A stretch of DNA of 64,000 nucleotides from Beijerinckiaceae bacterium (GTDB lineage: Bacteria; Pseudomonadota; Alphaproteobacteria; Rhizobiales; Beijerinckiaceae), in assembly GCA_036563505.1 (NCBI GenBank), contig DATCMH010000021.1, forward strand, positions 2,895 through 66,894, read 5' to 3'. Positions within the stretch are counted from its first letter, which is position 1, and the number at the start of each line of letters is the position of its first letter. A model generated the notes under the pieces. The model was not told the origin of the DNA. It saw only the letters and a program-made list of their open reading frames with translations, and did no database searches. Position numbers and translations under genes: made by a program. This document shows positions 1 to 10,414 of this stretch, in pieces.

Positions 1-529
1 TGCCCTCGCGCAGGAACGGAAGCGCCCGGTTGACGAGGTCGAGGGTCTCCTTGGCTTCCTTGTCGTTGCTCTTGGCCTTCTTCTCCAGCGCCGTGACGCG
101 CTTCTCGAGGCTGTCGAGGTCGGCGAGCATCAGCTCTGTCTCGATCGTCTCGATGTCGGCGACCGGGTCGATCTTGCCCTCGACATGGGTGATGTCGGAA
201 TCCTCGAAGCAGCGCACCACGTGGGCGATGGCGTCGACTTCGCGGATGTTGGCGAGGAACTGGTTGCCCAGCCCCTCGCCCTTCGAGGCCCCGCGCACCA
301 GCCCCGCGATGTCGACGAAGGTGAGCCGCGTCGGGATGATCTGGTTGGAGCTCGCGATCGCTGCGAGCGTGTCGAGGCGCTCGTCCGGCACGGCCACGTC
401 GCCGACATTCGGCTCGATGGTGCAGAACGGATAGTTCGCGGCCTGAGCAGCCGCTGTCTGGGTCAGCGCGTTGAAGAGGGTCGACTTGCCGACATTCGGC
501 AGGCCGACGATGCCCATCTTGAAGCCCAT
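1..529 (-). CDS. ychF: Ribosome-binding ATPase YchF, N-terminal part (gene runs off left window edge)
   Basis: Minus-strand reading from ATG (CAT 527-529) gives [26 protein letters not shown], the P-loop/G1 motif of Obg-like YchF. Open to the window edge, so absent from the ORF track. Lies directly downstream of pth as in the conserved operon. Confidence 0.9.
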   Translation of the reverse strand, partial: MGFKMGIVGLPNVGKSTLFNALTQTAAAQAANYPFCTIEPNVGDVAVPDERLDTLAAIASSNQIIPTRLTFVDIAGLVRGASKGEGLGNQFLANIREVDAIAHVVRCFEDSDITHVEGKIDPVADIETIETELMLADLDSLEKRVTALEKKAKSNDKEAKETLDLVNRALPFLREG

Positions 530-534
530 TGGCC

Positions 535-1149
535 CTACTCCTTCGTGGCCTCTCCCGGCCGCTTCACGTCACCCCAGCCGCGCTCGTCCATGGCGAGCTG
601 GACCTTGTTCTGAAAGCTCGCGTCGTCGCCCGCCGCGAGAAGCGGGGCGTGATCGGCGCAGGCGCGGCACAGATCCTCGACCCAGGGCTCCTCGGCCTTG
701 GCGAAGTCATTGAGGACATAGGCATGCACGAGCGCCTTATCGCCTGGATGGCCGATGCCCATCCGCGCGCGGCGGTAGTCGTTGCCGCATTGCGCCGTGA
801 TCGAGCGCAGCCCGTTGTGCCCCGCATTACCGCCCCCGAGCTTCACCCGGAGCTTCGCCGGCGGTAGGTCGAGCTCGTCGTGGAAGACGACGACGTCGGC
901 AAGGGGAAGCTTGTAGAAGCGCTGCGCGGCCGACACCGCCCGCCCCGAGTCGTTCATGTAGGTCTCGGGCTTGAGCAGCAGCACCCGCTCGCGTCCGACC
1001 ATCGCCTCCGTCGCGAGGCCCTGGACGGCCTTGCGCCACGGTCCGGCCCCGTGGACGCGCGCGATCTCCTCCACGGCCATGAAGCCGATGTTGTGGCGGT
1101 TCCTCGCGTAGCGCGAACCCGGATTCCCGAGGCCGACTAAAAGGCGCAT
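535..1149 (-). CDS. pth: Peptidyl-tRNA hydrolase
   Basis: ORF 535..1170. [11 protein letters not shown]...NRHNIGF...[11 protein letters not shown] motifs are typical of Pth. Start placed at internal ATG 1149. Confidence 0.93.
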   Translation of the reverse strand: MRLLVGLGNPGSRYARNRHNIGFMAVEEIARVHGAGPWRKAVQGLATEAMVGRERVLLLKPETYMNDSGRAVSAAQRFYKLPLADVVVFHDELDLPPAKLRVKLGGGNAGHNGLRSITAQCGNDYRRARMGIGHPGDKALVHAYVLNDFAKAEEPWVEDLCRACADHAPLLAAGDDASFQNKVQLAMDERGWGDVKRPGEATKE

Positions 1150-1262
1150 GAGGGGTGCCCGACAAGACAACGCTCCGGCCCAACGGCCGGAGCGCTTCAG
1201 TTCGGATCAGACGGGAGCGCGGGCGAGGCTGACGCTGCGGCCGCACCCCCGTCTGATTAGCT

Positions 1263-1889
1263 TCAGCTCTTGGCGGCTTCCGTCTGGCCGGCGGCCTCGG
1301 TCGCGCCCGTATCCTCCTTCAGGCCGGACGGGGCCGCGACGGTCGCCACCGTGAAGTCGCGCTCGGTGATCGTGGGCTTGGCGCCGGCGGGAAGCTTGAT
1401 CGCCGAGATGTGCAGCGAGGCGCCGATCTCGAGGCCCGTGAGGTCCGCGTCGATGGCGTCCGGGATCGCGTCGGCCGGGACTTCGAGCTCCACCGTGTGG
1501 CGCACGATGTTGAGCGTGCCACCGCGCTTGAGGCCCGGCGAGGCGTCCTGGTTCACGAAGTGCACCGGAACTTCGACCTTCACCGTTGCGCCTTCCGAGA
1601 GGCGCAGGAAGTCGACGTGAACCGGGAAATCCTTCACCGGGTCGAGCTGGTAGTCGCGCGGGATGGCGCGGGTCTTCTGGCCGGCGACGTCGATCTCGAA
1701 GACCGTCGTCAGGAAGTGCCCGGCGAAGATCAGCTTCTGGGTCTGGTTGAAGTCGAGGGCGATCGCCTGGGGCGTCTGGCCGGCTCCGTAGATGACGGCG
1801 GGTACTTGGCCCTGGCGACGAACGGCCCGGGCGGCCCCCTTGCCGACCCGGTCGCGCGCCACGGCCTGAATCTGCTTCACAGCGCTCAT
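1263..1889 (-). CDS. rplY: 50S ribosomal protein L25 / general stress protein Ctc
   Basis: 208-aa ORF with GKGAARAVRRQGQVPAVIYG N-terminus and an Ala/Glu-rich tail. Sits upstream of pth. Confidence 0.92.
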   Translation of the reverse strand: MSAVKQIQAVARDRVGKGAARAVRRQGQVPAVIYGAGQTPQAIALDFNQTQKLIFAGHFLTTVFEIDVAGQKTRAIPRDYQLDPVKDFPVHVDFLRLSEGATVKVEVPVHFVNQDASPGLKRGGTLNIVRHTVELEVPADAIPDAIDADLTGLEIGASLHISAIKLPAGAKPTITERDFTVATVAAPSGLKEDTGATEAAGQTEAAKS

Positions 1890-2050
1890 GGTCGTGGTTC
1901 CTGTAAGTTGGTGACGAAAGCCGAAAGGCCGCCCGCGGGCGGCCTCGAACGGCGGCGCGCCCGTGCCTCCAAGGGTGTCGAGCGGGCGCGGCCGGGCTTA
2001 TACGTCAGCGGACGGGGCAGGGCAACCCGCGACCGGCCACCCGCGCCAGC

Positions 2051-2620
2051 TCAGGCCGCGACGAGGCCCAGCCGCTCGTCGCGCCGGCGCAGCCACTGCG
2101 CCACGGGCAGGGCGAGAAGCACCATCCAGAGCTTGCCGAGCACCTGGCCGGCGAGGAAATCGAGGCTGCCGAAGGCGAGCCACAGGAAGACGAGGCTGTC
2201 GACCACGAGGCCGACGAGGCTCGACAGCGCCACGGCGAGCACGAAGCGCCGCCGCTGCAAGGGGGTGTAGACGAAAAAGTCCGCGAGTTCCGAGAGGAGG
2301 AACGCTCCCGCGGAGGCCAGAACGATCGCAGGCGGCGCGAGGAGGGCCGACAGCAGCGTGCCCGCTGCGATCGCGGCGAGACCCGCCGTGGCTCCGAGGC
2401 GGCGCTGCACGAGGTCGCGCAGCACCAGGCCTAAGCCCACCATGAGCACGCCGCTCGGCGCCTTCAGCCCGGGCGCGACCGGGATCAGGCAGGGGCCGTT
2501 CGGCACGCAGACCGTGCCCGCATTCCCGATGAGCCAATTGGCCGTCGGGATGGTGAGCGCGAAGAGGGCGAGAAACAGCAGGCCCTCGCGCCGGCGTATC
2601 GCCGTCGTGTGGTCAATCAT
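2051..2620 (-). CDS. yhhQ: VUT/DUF165 family membrane protein (queuosine-precursor transporter YhhQ-like)
   Basis: 189-aa multi-TM ORF resembling the YhhQ family. Its start overlaps the queC stop by 8 nt, implying co-transcription. Confidence 0.75.
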   Translation of the reverse strand: MIDHTTAIRRREGLLFLALFALTIPTANWLIGNAGTVCVPNGPCLIPVAPGLKAPSGVLMVGLGLVLRDLVQRRLGATAGLAAIAAGTLLSALLAPPAIVLASAGAFLLSELADFFVYTPLQRRRFVLAVALSSLVGLVVDSLVFLWLAFGSLDFLAGQVLGKLWMVLLALPVAQWLRRRDERLGLVAA

Positions 2621-3341
2621 CCAGCCTGTTCTCCGTCCGTCCCTCGCCCGCCTGCCAAAGCCGAAATCCTTCCGCGCGCAAAGCGCAGGCTGGGCAATCG
2701 CCGCAGCCGTAGCCCCAGGGATGGCGGTGGTTTCGATCGCCGCGGTAGCAGGTGTGCGTCTCCTCGATCACGAGATCGAGGAACGCCCGTCCGCCGAGTC
2801 GCTCGGCGAGGGCGAAGGTGGCGGCCTTGTCCCGCCACATCAAGGGCGTGTGCAGGACGAAGCGGGTCTCCATGCCGAGATTGAGCGCCGCCTGCATCGC
2901 CTTGATCGTATCGTCACGGCAATCGGGATAACCGGAATAGTCCGTCTCGCAGACGCCGAGCACGATATGCCGGCACCCGCGCCGATAGGCCAGGGCGGCG
3001 GCGAAGGTCAGGAAGATCAGGTTGCGGCCCGGCACGAAGGTGGTGGGCAGCCCGCTCGCTTGCGTCGCGATGGCGACGTCGCGCGTCAGCGCCGTCTCCG
3101 ACACGGCCCCGAGCGCCGCGAGGTCGATCAGATGGTCCGGGCCGAGCCGGCCGGTCAAGGCGAGTTCGCAGCCCGTGAGGCCCTCGCGAATGCGCCCGCG
3201 GCACTCGAGCTCGACCCGGTGCCGCTGCCCGTAGTCGAAGCCCATGGTCTCCACCTCGGCGAAGCGGGCGAGGGCCCAGCCGAGGCAGGTGGTCGAGTCC
3301 TGCCCGCCGGAGAACAGCACGAGGGCGCGGCTGTCATTCAT
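2613..3341 (-). CDS. queC: 7-cyano-7-deazaguanine synthase QueC
   Basis: PP-loop LFSGGQDS and C-terminal Zn Cys cluster ([18 protein letters not shown]). Start ATG 3341 (alternative 3359). Confidence 0.93.
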   Translation of the reverse strand: MNDSRALVLFSGGQDSTTCLGWALARFAEVETMGFDYGQRHRVELECRGRIREGLTGCELALTGRLGPDHLIDLAALGAVSETALTRDVAIATQASGLPTTFVPGRNLIFLTFAAALAYRRGCRHIVLGVCETDYSGYPDCRDDTIKAMQAALNLGMETRFVLHTPLMWRDKAATFALAERLGGRAFLDLVIEETHTCYRGDRNHRHPWGYGCGDCPACALRAEGFRLWQAGEGRTENRLDD

Positions 3342-3361
3342 AGGCTGCCTTGTCACCATCT

Positions 3362-3394
3362 CTGCGCAGTATTACAATTCTGCAGACGTAATAC
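3362..3394 (+). promoter_or_regulatory. Candidate vapBC operator/promoter palindromes
   Basis: Local AT-richer patch with inverted repeat GTATTAC (3369-3375) / GTAATAC (3388-3394), plus palindromes CTGCGCAG (3362-3369) and CTGCAG (3381-3386). Lies immediately upstream of the vapB SD GGAGG (3396-3400). Confidence 0.35.
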
Positions 3395-3405
3395 CGGAGG
3401 TGATT

Positions 3406-3645
3406 TTGGGTACGCGGGTCACCATCAAGGGTCAAGTCACCATCCCGAAGGCGGTGCGCGAGGCTGCTGGCATCCAGCCCGGCGACGAGGTGGAGTTCGA
3501 GTTTCGGGCCGGCCAGATCACGCTGAAGCGAAGTCAGCGCGCCGAGCGCCTCGACCGCTGGGTCGAGCGCATCTGGCACGATCCGCCGATCAAAGGCGTC
3601 AGCACCGACGAGATCATGAACCTGACGCGCGGCGAGGACCGGTGA
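3406..3645 (+). CDS. vapB: Type II antitoxin, AbrB/MazE/SpoVT family (VapB)
   Basis: Swapped-hairpin motif VTIKGQVTIPKAVREAAGIQPGDEV. TTG 3406 (or GTG 3400) follows GGAGG. The long upstream extension of ORF 3244..3645 overlaps queC and is rejected. Confidence 0.8.
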   Translation: MGTRVTIKGQVTIPKAVREAAGIQPGDEVEFEFRAGQITLKRSQRAERLDRWVERIWHDPPIKGVSTDEIMNLTRGEDR

Positions 3646-4046
3646 CGTCCTTCGTCGATTCCAACGTGCTCATCGACATCTTCTCGCGCGACCCACGCTG
3701 GAGCATCTGGTCCCGCGATCGCCTGCTCGCGGCCGAGGAGCCGCTCCTGATCAACGGCATCGTCTACGCGGAGGTCTCGATCGGCTTCGAGGACCGCGAG
3801 CGTCTGGACCATGTCCTGGAGGAAGCCGGCATCGTGCTCCTTGACGTGCCGCGTACCGCCTTGTTCGCGGCCGGCAAGGCTTTCCGCGCTTACCGACGGG
3901 GATCAGCGGGACGCGCCGCGATCCTTCCCAATTTCCTGATCGGGGCGCACGCGTCTGAACTGCGGGCAACCTTGATCACCCGCGACCCGGCGCGCTTTCG
4001 AACCTATTTTCCGGAGCTCAAGCTGATTACGCCCGAAGCGACCTGA
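3642..4046 (+). CDS. vapC: Type II toxin, PIN-domain ribonuclease VapC
   Basis: Last 135 codons of ORF 2358..4046. N-terminal FVDSNVLID acidic motif and a PIN-like C-terminus (ATLITRD). GTG start overlaps the vapB TGA (GTGA). Confidence 0.82.
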   Translation: MTSFVDSNVLIDIFSRDPRWSIWSRDRLLAAEEPLLINGIVYAEVSIGFEDRERLDHVLEEAGIVLLDVPRTALFAAGKAFRAYRRGSAGRAAILPNFLIGAHASELRATLITRDPARFRTYFPELKLITPEAT

Positions 4047-4097
4047 CGTGAGCGAGGGCGGCCCGTGAGGCGGTCAGAACGATGTTGGCTGGCCGCC

Positions 4098-5042
<945 letters not shown>

Positions 5043-5152
5043 GAGGCGTGCCGGATGGACGAACGAGAGGGGCCGGACGCGGCCGCGCTCCGGGCCACCC
5101 GCGGGCGGGTCTTTAGCAGCCTCGGGAAACCGTCACAATACGGCGCCGGGCG

Positions 5153-5662
5153 TTACGGCGCGGCGTATCCCAAGACGCCCGCCTCGCCCGCCGGCCGCGC
5201 GGCGTTCGAAGCAACGATGAAGCTAGCGAAATCATCCATGCTCTGGGCGGCGAGGCGGCGCAGGGCCTCCCTGTCGAGGCCGTCCCAAGGGTCGCTGCTG
5301 GCCGCGCGCACGGGCAGCGTTCCGGTCACGCGCTTGGCGCGGCGCTTGCCCTCATCGAACACGTCCCAAACAACGGCGAGAGCCGTTCCGCCGTCGTCGG
5401 TGGCCTGAGCACTGAGGTAACCCTTGACGCGGTAGCGCGCTTGGGCTTGCGCGCCGACGAGCTCGACCTTGCGGCTCGCGGCGGCGCTCTGCAACTCGCC
5501 CGACAGCGCCGTCTGCACAGCGTCCGGCGCGCCTTCGATGCTTTCGACCGCGATCGGCACGCCCGCGGGCGTGCCGCCGGCGAGACCGCCGGGGCCGCCG
5601 GTCTGGCAGGCGGCGAGCGTAAGCGAAGCGGCGGCCGCGAGGCAGCGAAGCGTGACGGTCAT
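5153..5662 (-). CDS. Hypothetical lipoprotein
   Basis: Internal ATG 5662 gives MTVTLRCLAAAASLTLAAC, a signal peptide plus lipobox (LAAC). High GC3. The upstream part of ORF 5153..5977 is Arg-rich junk overlapping the M24 gene. Confidence 0.7.
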   Translation of the reverse strand: MTVTLRCLAAAASLTLAACQTGGPGGLAGGTPAGVPIAVESIEGAPDAVQTALSGELQSAAASRKVELVGAQAQARYRVKGYLSAQATDDGGTALAVVWDVFDEGKRRAKRVTGTLPVRAASSDPWDGLDREALRRLAAQSMDDFASFIVASNAARPAGEAGVLGYAAP

Positions 5663-5823
5663 GACGCGTTCCCCGCCCGATCGTTTCGGCGTCGGGCCTT
5701 TGCCGTTCCGTCTTAGATCGGCGCGGCGCACCGGTCGAGGGAGGGGCCGCCGCGGTCCACGGGCGATGGCTATGGCGAAGAGGCGCGCCGTAAAACGGGT
5801 CTCGACGCTCGCGGCGTCTCGCC

Positions 5824-6975
5824 TCAGCGAACGACGAGCTCGAGGCTCGCCGCGTTGAGCGGCTCGGAGTCGCGCTCGGTGATGAGGGAGGTGCGCCCGA
5901 GTGTCATTGCGGTCTCGGTCTCCGAGTCCATCAGGATCATGTGGAGGAACATCACCATGCCGGGCTGGAGCACCCAAGGATTGGCCTCGTAGAACATCGG
6001 CCAGTCCATCCAGGAAGGCGTGAACTTGGCGCTGAGGGAGTAGCCGCAGGCGTTGAGGCGATGGCTCGCGAGCCCGTGCTCGTCGAGGGTGTGGGCATGG
6101 GCCGCGAAGACGTCGCCGGCCGTCCGTCCAGGCTTGAGCTCGGCTTCGCAGGCGAGCAGCGCGTCCCGGGCGGCCTGATGGTAGGAGAGGTGGAGGGGCC
6201 GGGGTTCGCCGATCACGACGGTTCGCATGATCGCCGCGTGGTAGCGGCGGTACGCACCGGCGAACTCAAGGGTGATCTGGTCGTTCGCGTCGAGGGCGCG
6301 CCGCCCGGCCTTGTAGCGGCAGAGCAAGGCATCGCCGCTCGAGCCGATGATGAACTCGTTCGCGGGATAGTCACCCCCGCCCGCGAACACGGCGCCCTGC
6401 TGCGCGGCGAGGATCGCGCCCTCGTCCGCACCGGGGCGGATCAACTCGATCGCCGCCCGGTCCGCCGCGTCGGAGAGCGCCGCCGCTTGCCGGACATGGG
6501 CGATCTCCTCCTCCGACTTGATTGCCCGCAAGCGCGTGACCAGCGTCGAGGCGTCGACGAGGTCGGCCACGCCGGCGAAGGCGGCGTCGAGCTTCTTGCC
6601 GTTCGCCGCGACGAGGCCGTAGCTCTCGTACTCCACTCCGAGGCGCTTGCCTTGCAAGCCGAGGTCGCGGGCGAGCACGAGGAGGTCGCGCGCCGGGTTC
6701 GCGTCCGCCGCGTCCTTCCAGATCCGGATGTCTTCGAGCGTCGAGGTGCGCTGCGCTTGGCGCAGGTCCGCGGAGCGCGTCAGCAGCGCCACGCGCCCGT
6801 CCGCCGTGACGACGAGGCTCTGGAAGAAGCAAAAGCCGAACGTGTCGTAGCCCGTGAGCCAGTACATCGATTCCTGCTGGAACAGGAGCAAGCCGTCGAG
6901 GCGAGCGTCCGCCATGGCGGCGAGGAGCGCGCGTTTCCGGCGGTCGAACTCGGGCGGCGTGAAGTGGAGGGCCAT
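5824..6975 (-). CDS. M24 family metallopeptidase (Xaa-Pro peptidase/creatinase-like)
   Basis: 383-aa ORF with a creatinase-type N-domain and a pita-bread C-domain (ITLEFAGAYRRYHAAIMRT..., metal-ligand His/Glu pattern). Confidence 0.85.
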   Translation of the reverse strand: MALHFTPPEFDRRKRALLAAMADARLDGLLLFQQESMYWLTGYDTFGFCFFQSLVVTADGRVALLTRSADLRQAQRTSTLEDIRIWKDAADANPARDLLVLARDLGLQGKRLGVEYESYGLVAANGKKLDAAFAGVADLVDASTLVTRLRAIKSEEEIAHVRQAAALSDAADRAAIELIRPGADEGAILAAQQGAVFAGGGDYPANEFIIGSSGDALLCRYKAGRRALDANDQITLEFAGAYRRYHAAIMRTVVIGEPRPLHLSYHQAARDALLACEAELKPGRTAGDVFAAHAHTLDEHGLASHRLNACGYSLSAKFTPSWMDWPMFYEANPWVLQPGMVMFLHMILMDSETETAMTLGRTSLITERDSEPLNAASLELVVR

Positions 6976-7076
6976 GGCGATCTCGATGCGGGGAGGGCCG
7001 AAATGTTGAAGCGGCGGTTGGCCGAGGGGTCAAGCCGCCGAGCACGGGAGCCCGCGGAAGAGAACTCGCCTCCGCT

Positions 7077-7192
7077 GTCATTCCGGGGCGCCGCAGGCGA
7101 GCCCGGAATCCATGACTAGGCCGCGTCCTGCTCTCAGCCGCTCACCCGGTCATGGGTTCCGGGCTCTCGGCTACGCCGAGCCCCGGAATGAC
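7077..7192. repeat. 116-bp MITE/REP-like double-hairpin element, copy 1
   Basis: Termini GTCATTCCGGGGC ... GCCCCGGAATGAC. Two internal hairpins (ATTCCGGG..CCCGGAAT). Near-identical architecture and sequence to 41091..41209. Confidence 0.8.
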
Positions 7193-7292
7193 AGGCTTAC
7201 GTTCTCCAATGCCGGCACTGCGTCCTCTTCCTCGAGGTCCTGCGACCGCGCTCGCTCTTCCCCTCGGAATCAGCGATTCCTAACTAGCTCCC

Positions 7293-9473
7293 ATGAGTCG
7301 CACCCCCGCCAATGACGTCCCACCCGACATCCTCGACGATCAGGACGAGGATGCCGTCCTCGTCGAGGACGGGTCGAGCGTCGAGTTCGACCTCGAGGCG
7401 ACGCCGGATTCGATCCGGGCCGGCACGGAGATCATCCGCCATTTCTGGCAGACCCTGCCCTCGGGGCCGGGCGTCTACCGCATGTTCGACGCCAAGGGCG
7501 ACGTTCTCTACGTCGGCAAGGCGAAGAACCTGAAGGCCCGCGTCGGCTCCTACGCCCGCGGCCAGGCGCATTCAAACCGCATTGCCCGGATGATCGGGCA
7601 CACCGCCTCGATGGAATTCGTCACCACCGCGACGGAGACGGAGGCGCTGCTGCTCGAGACGAACCTCATCAAGCAGCTCAAGCCCCGCTACAACGTGCTG
7701 CTGCGGGATGACAAATCGCTTCCCTACATCCTGCTCACCGCCGACACAGAGGCGCCCCAGATCGTCAAGCACCGGGGCGGACGCAACCGCAAGGGCGACT
7801 ATTACGGGCCTTTCGCGAGCGTCTGGGCCGTCAACCGCACGGTGAACGCCCTCCAGCGCGCCTTCCTGCTGCGCTCCTGCAACGACAGCTACTACGAGAA
7901 CCGCACGCGGCCCTGTCTCCTGTTCCAGATCAAGCGCTGCTCGGGGCCCTGCACCAAGGAGATCCCCCTCGACGAGTACGGCAAGCTCGCGGCGGAAGCG
8001 CGCGCTTTCCTCGCGGGCAAGTCGAACGCCGTGAAGGAGCGCATCACGCAGGAGATGCAGGCCGCAGCCGAGGAGCTCGAGTTCGAGCGGGCCGCGCGCT
8101 ACCGCGACCGCCTCGCCGCGCTCTCCGCTATTCAGGGCGTGCAGGGGGTGAACACCCAGTCCGTCGAGGAAGCGGACGTCTTCGCCATCGATGAGCAGGC
8201 CGGCCAGTTCTGCATCGAGGTGTTCTTCTTCCGCTCGTTCCAGAACTGGGGCAACCGGGCCTATTTCCCGAAGGCCGACAAGTCGATGTCGAAGGAGGAG
8301 GTGCTCGGCGCCTTCATCGCCCAGTTCTACGACGACAAGCCGGCCCCGCGCACGGTGCTCCTCTCGCACGATATCGAGGACGCGGAGCTCCTGGCCGCCG
8401 CCCTCTCGACGCGAACCGAGAACCGGGTCGAGATCCACGTCGCCAAGCGGGGCGAGCGGCGGCAGATCATCGAGTACGCCCTGCGCAACGCCAAGGAAGC
8501 GCTTGGCCGGCGCCTCGCCGACACGGCGAGCCAGGGCAAGCTCCTGGTGTCGCTCGCGCAAGCGCTCGGATTGGAGAAGGCCCCGCGTCGCGTCGAGGTC
8601 TATGACAACTCCCACATCATGGGCACGAACGCGGTGGGCGCGATGGTCGTCGCGGGCGTCAACGGCTTCATGAAGCAGCACTACCGCACCTTCAACATGG
8701 CCTCCGACGCCTTCAAACCAGGCGACGACTTCGGCATGATGCGCGAGATGCTGCGCCGGAGGTTCGCGCGGCTCGTGAAGGAAGCGCCGCGGCCGGGCAT
8801 GAACCCTCCCCCCTCTGCGGGGGAGGGTGCCTCGCGAAGCGAGGCGGGAGAGGGGTCGCGTGCCGAAGGCGCGCACGGCGAAGCCGACGAGAGCCGTTTC
8901 GCTTCGCGAGCGCCCGTGCCGGGCGCACCCCCTCTCCCAACCCCCGCTGACGCGGGGGCCACCCTCCCCCTCCAGGGGGGAGGGGAGGGCACGCACGATG
9001 ATTACGACCCCGACGCGTTCCCCACCTGGCCCGACCTCGTCCTCATCGACGGCGGCAAGGGCCAGGTCGAGGCGGCGCGCTCCGCGATGGCGGAGGTCGG
9101 GGTCACGGACGTGCCGGTGATCGGCGTTGCCAAAGGGCGCGACCGCGAGGCGGGGCGGGAGACCTTCGTCGCCCCCGGGCGGCCGCCCTTCAAGCTGCCG
9201 ATGCGGGACCCGGCGCTCTACTTCATCCAGCGCCTGCGCGACGAGGCGCACCGCTTCGCCATCGGCGCCCATCGCGCCAAGCGCAAGCGCGAGATGCGCC
9301 AGAACCCGCTCGACGAGATCGCCGGCATCGGCCCGTCGCGCAAACGCGCGCTCCTCCATCATTTCGGGACCGTGAAGGCGATCCAGCGCGCCGCGCTGGA
9401 GGACCTGATGAAGGCGCCCGGCGTCAACGCCGCGACCGCGCGGGCGATCTACGATCACTTTCACGACGGGTAG
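7293..9473 (+). CDS. uvrC: Excinuclease ABC subunit C, carrying an in-frame repeat-derived insert
   Basis: GIY-YIG N-terminus ([21 protein letters not shown]), UVR domain ([12 protein letters not shown]), [12 protein letters not shown] endonuclease motif and C-terminal HhH. Length is 726 aa. Confidence 0.95.
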   Translation: MSRTPANDVPPDILDDQDEDAVLVEDGSSVEFDLEATPDSIRAGTEIIRHFWQTLPSGPGVYRMFDAKGDVLYVGKAKNLKARVGSYARGQAHSNRIARMIGHTASMEFVTTATETEALLLETNLIKQLKPRYNVLLRDDKSLPYILLTADTEAPQIVKHRGGRNRKGDYYGPFASVWAVNRTVNALQRAFLLRSCNDSYYENRTRPCLLFQIKRCSGPCTKEIPLDEYGKLAAEARAFLAGKSNAVKERITQEMQAAAEELEFERAARYRDRLAALSAIQGVQGVNTQSVEEADVFAIDEQAGQFCIEVFFFRSFQNWGNRAYFPKADKSMSKEEVLGAFIAQFYDDKPAPRTVLLSHDIEDAELLAAALSTRTENRVEIHVAKRGERRQIIEYALRNAKEALGRRLADTASQGKLLVSLAQALGLEKAPRRVEVYDNSHIMGTNAVGAMVVAGVNGFMKQHYRTFNMASDAFKPGDDFGMMREMLRRRFARLVKEAPRPGMNPPPSAGEGASRSEAGEGSRAEGAHGEADESRFASRAPVPGAPPLPTPADAGATLPLQGGGEGTHDDYDPDAFPTWPDLVLIDGGKGQVEAARSAMAEVGVTDVPVIGVAKGRDREAGRETFVAPGRPPFKLPMRDPALYFIQRLRDEAHRFAIGAHRAKRKREMRQNPLDEIAGIGPSRKRALLHHFGTVKAIQRAALEDLMKAPGVNAATARAIYDHFHDG
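8805..8992. repeat. Palindromic repeat unit embedded in the uvrC coding sequence
   Basis: Hairpins ccctcccccctctgcgggggaggg and cctcgcgaagcgagg. Right arm gcgcaccccctctcccaacccccgctgacgcgggggccaccctccccctccaggggggaggggaggg matches intergenic copies at ~10888-10955, 14575-14637 and 20655-20722. Confidence 0.7.
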
Positions 9474-9554
9474 GGATCGCGGCTCTCAAGACGGCCGTTT
9501 CCGGGGTGGCCCACGGTTGACGCTTCCCTTCCACGCGTGCTCTGTCACCCCACC

Positions 9555-10151
9555 ATGAGCGTCGCGTCTCCCATGCGCCGGTCGAAGGCTCTCAACCTTC
9601 CGAACCTTCTGACCTACGGCCGGCTCGCTGCCGTTCCGGCGGTGGTGGCGCTCCTGTTCTGGCCGCGGGACGACTGGGCGCGCTGGGTGGCGCTCACGAT
9701 CTTCATCCTCGCCGCCGTCACCGATTACCTCGACGGCTACTTCGCCCGGCTCTACGGGCAACAATCGGCGCTCGGGCGCATGCTCGACCCGATCGCCGAC
9801 AAGCTGCTCGTCGCCGCCTGCCTCTTGATGCTGGTCTACGCGGGGACGATCGAGGGAGCTTCGGTCTGGGCCGCTCTCGTCATCCTCTGCCGCGAGATCC
9901 TGGTTTCCGGCCTTCGCGAATTCCTGGCCGAGTTGAAGGTGTCGGTGCCGGTGAGCCGTGTCGCCAAGTGGAAGACGGCGCTGCAGCTCGTGGCGGTGGG
10001 TTTCCTTATCGCCGGCCCGGCCGGCGAGCCGATCCTGGCCGGCACCACATCCATCGGGCTCACGCTGTTGTGGGCGGCAGCGCTGCTGACGCTCTACACG
10101 GGCTACGACTATCTCAAGGCGGGGATCGACCACCTGATGGAGGCTGAATGA
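9555..10151 (+). CDS. pgsA: CDP-diacylglycerol--glycerol-3-phosphate 3-phosphatidyltransferase
   Basis: CDP-alcohol phosphotransferase motif DYLDGYFAR...G..LDPIADK. Start ATG 9555 (alternative GTG 9537). Confidence 0.9.
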   Translation: MSVASPMRRSKALNLPNLLTYGRLAAVPAVVALLFWPRDDWARWVALTIFILAAVTDYLDGYFARLYGQQSALGRMLDPIADKLLVAACLLMLVYAGTIEGASVWAALVILCREILVSGLREFLAELKVSVPVSRVAKWKTALQLVAVGFLIAGPAGEPILAGTTSIGLTLLWAAALLTLYTGYDYLKAGIDHLMEAE

Positions 10152-10414
10152 GCGCGCGTCGGCTCAAGCTCGTCTACTTCGCCTGGGTGCGTGAGCGCGT
10201 CGGCCGGCCGGAGGAGGACGTCGATGTCCCTGAGGGCGTCGACACGGTCGCCGACCTCGTCCGCTGGCTGAAGAGCCGGGGCGAGGAATACGACTATGCC
10301 TTCGAGAATGAGGGCGTGGTGCGGGCCGCGGTTGATCACCTGCACGTCAAGCCCGAGGCGAGCCTCGGCGAAGCGCGCGAGGTGGCCTTCTTCCCGCCGA
10401 TGACGGGCGGATGA
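10148..10414 (+). CDS. moaD: Molybdopterin synthase sulfur-carrier subunit MoaD
   Basis: 88 aa with a ubiquitin-like fold sequence ending in the diagnostic C-terminal GG. ATGA overlap with the pgsA stop. Confidence 0.88.
   Translation: MSARRLKLVYFAWVRERVGRPEEDVDVPEGVDTVADLVRWLKSRGEEYDYAFENEGVVRAAVDHLHVKPEASLGEAREVAFFPPMTGG

Noticed and set aside
3342-3405. preQ1 riboswitch upstream of queC
   Set aside because: Read on the minus strand, the 60-nt region shows no preQ1-type hairpin with an A-rich tail. Its palindromes are better explained as the vapBC operator on the other strand.
2358-4046. 562-aa plus-strand ORF spanning yhhQ, queC, vapB and vapC
   Set aside because: Only the last 135 codons (PIN-domain VapC, GTG 3642) are credible. 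The rest is antisense to queC/yhhQ or out of frame with vapB.
7572-9464. 630-aa minus-strand ORF
   Set aside because: Antisense to uvrC, which has GIY-YIG, UVR, endonuclease and HhH motifs. The composition is a typical GC-frame artefact.
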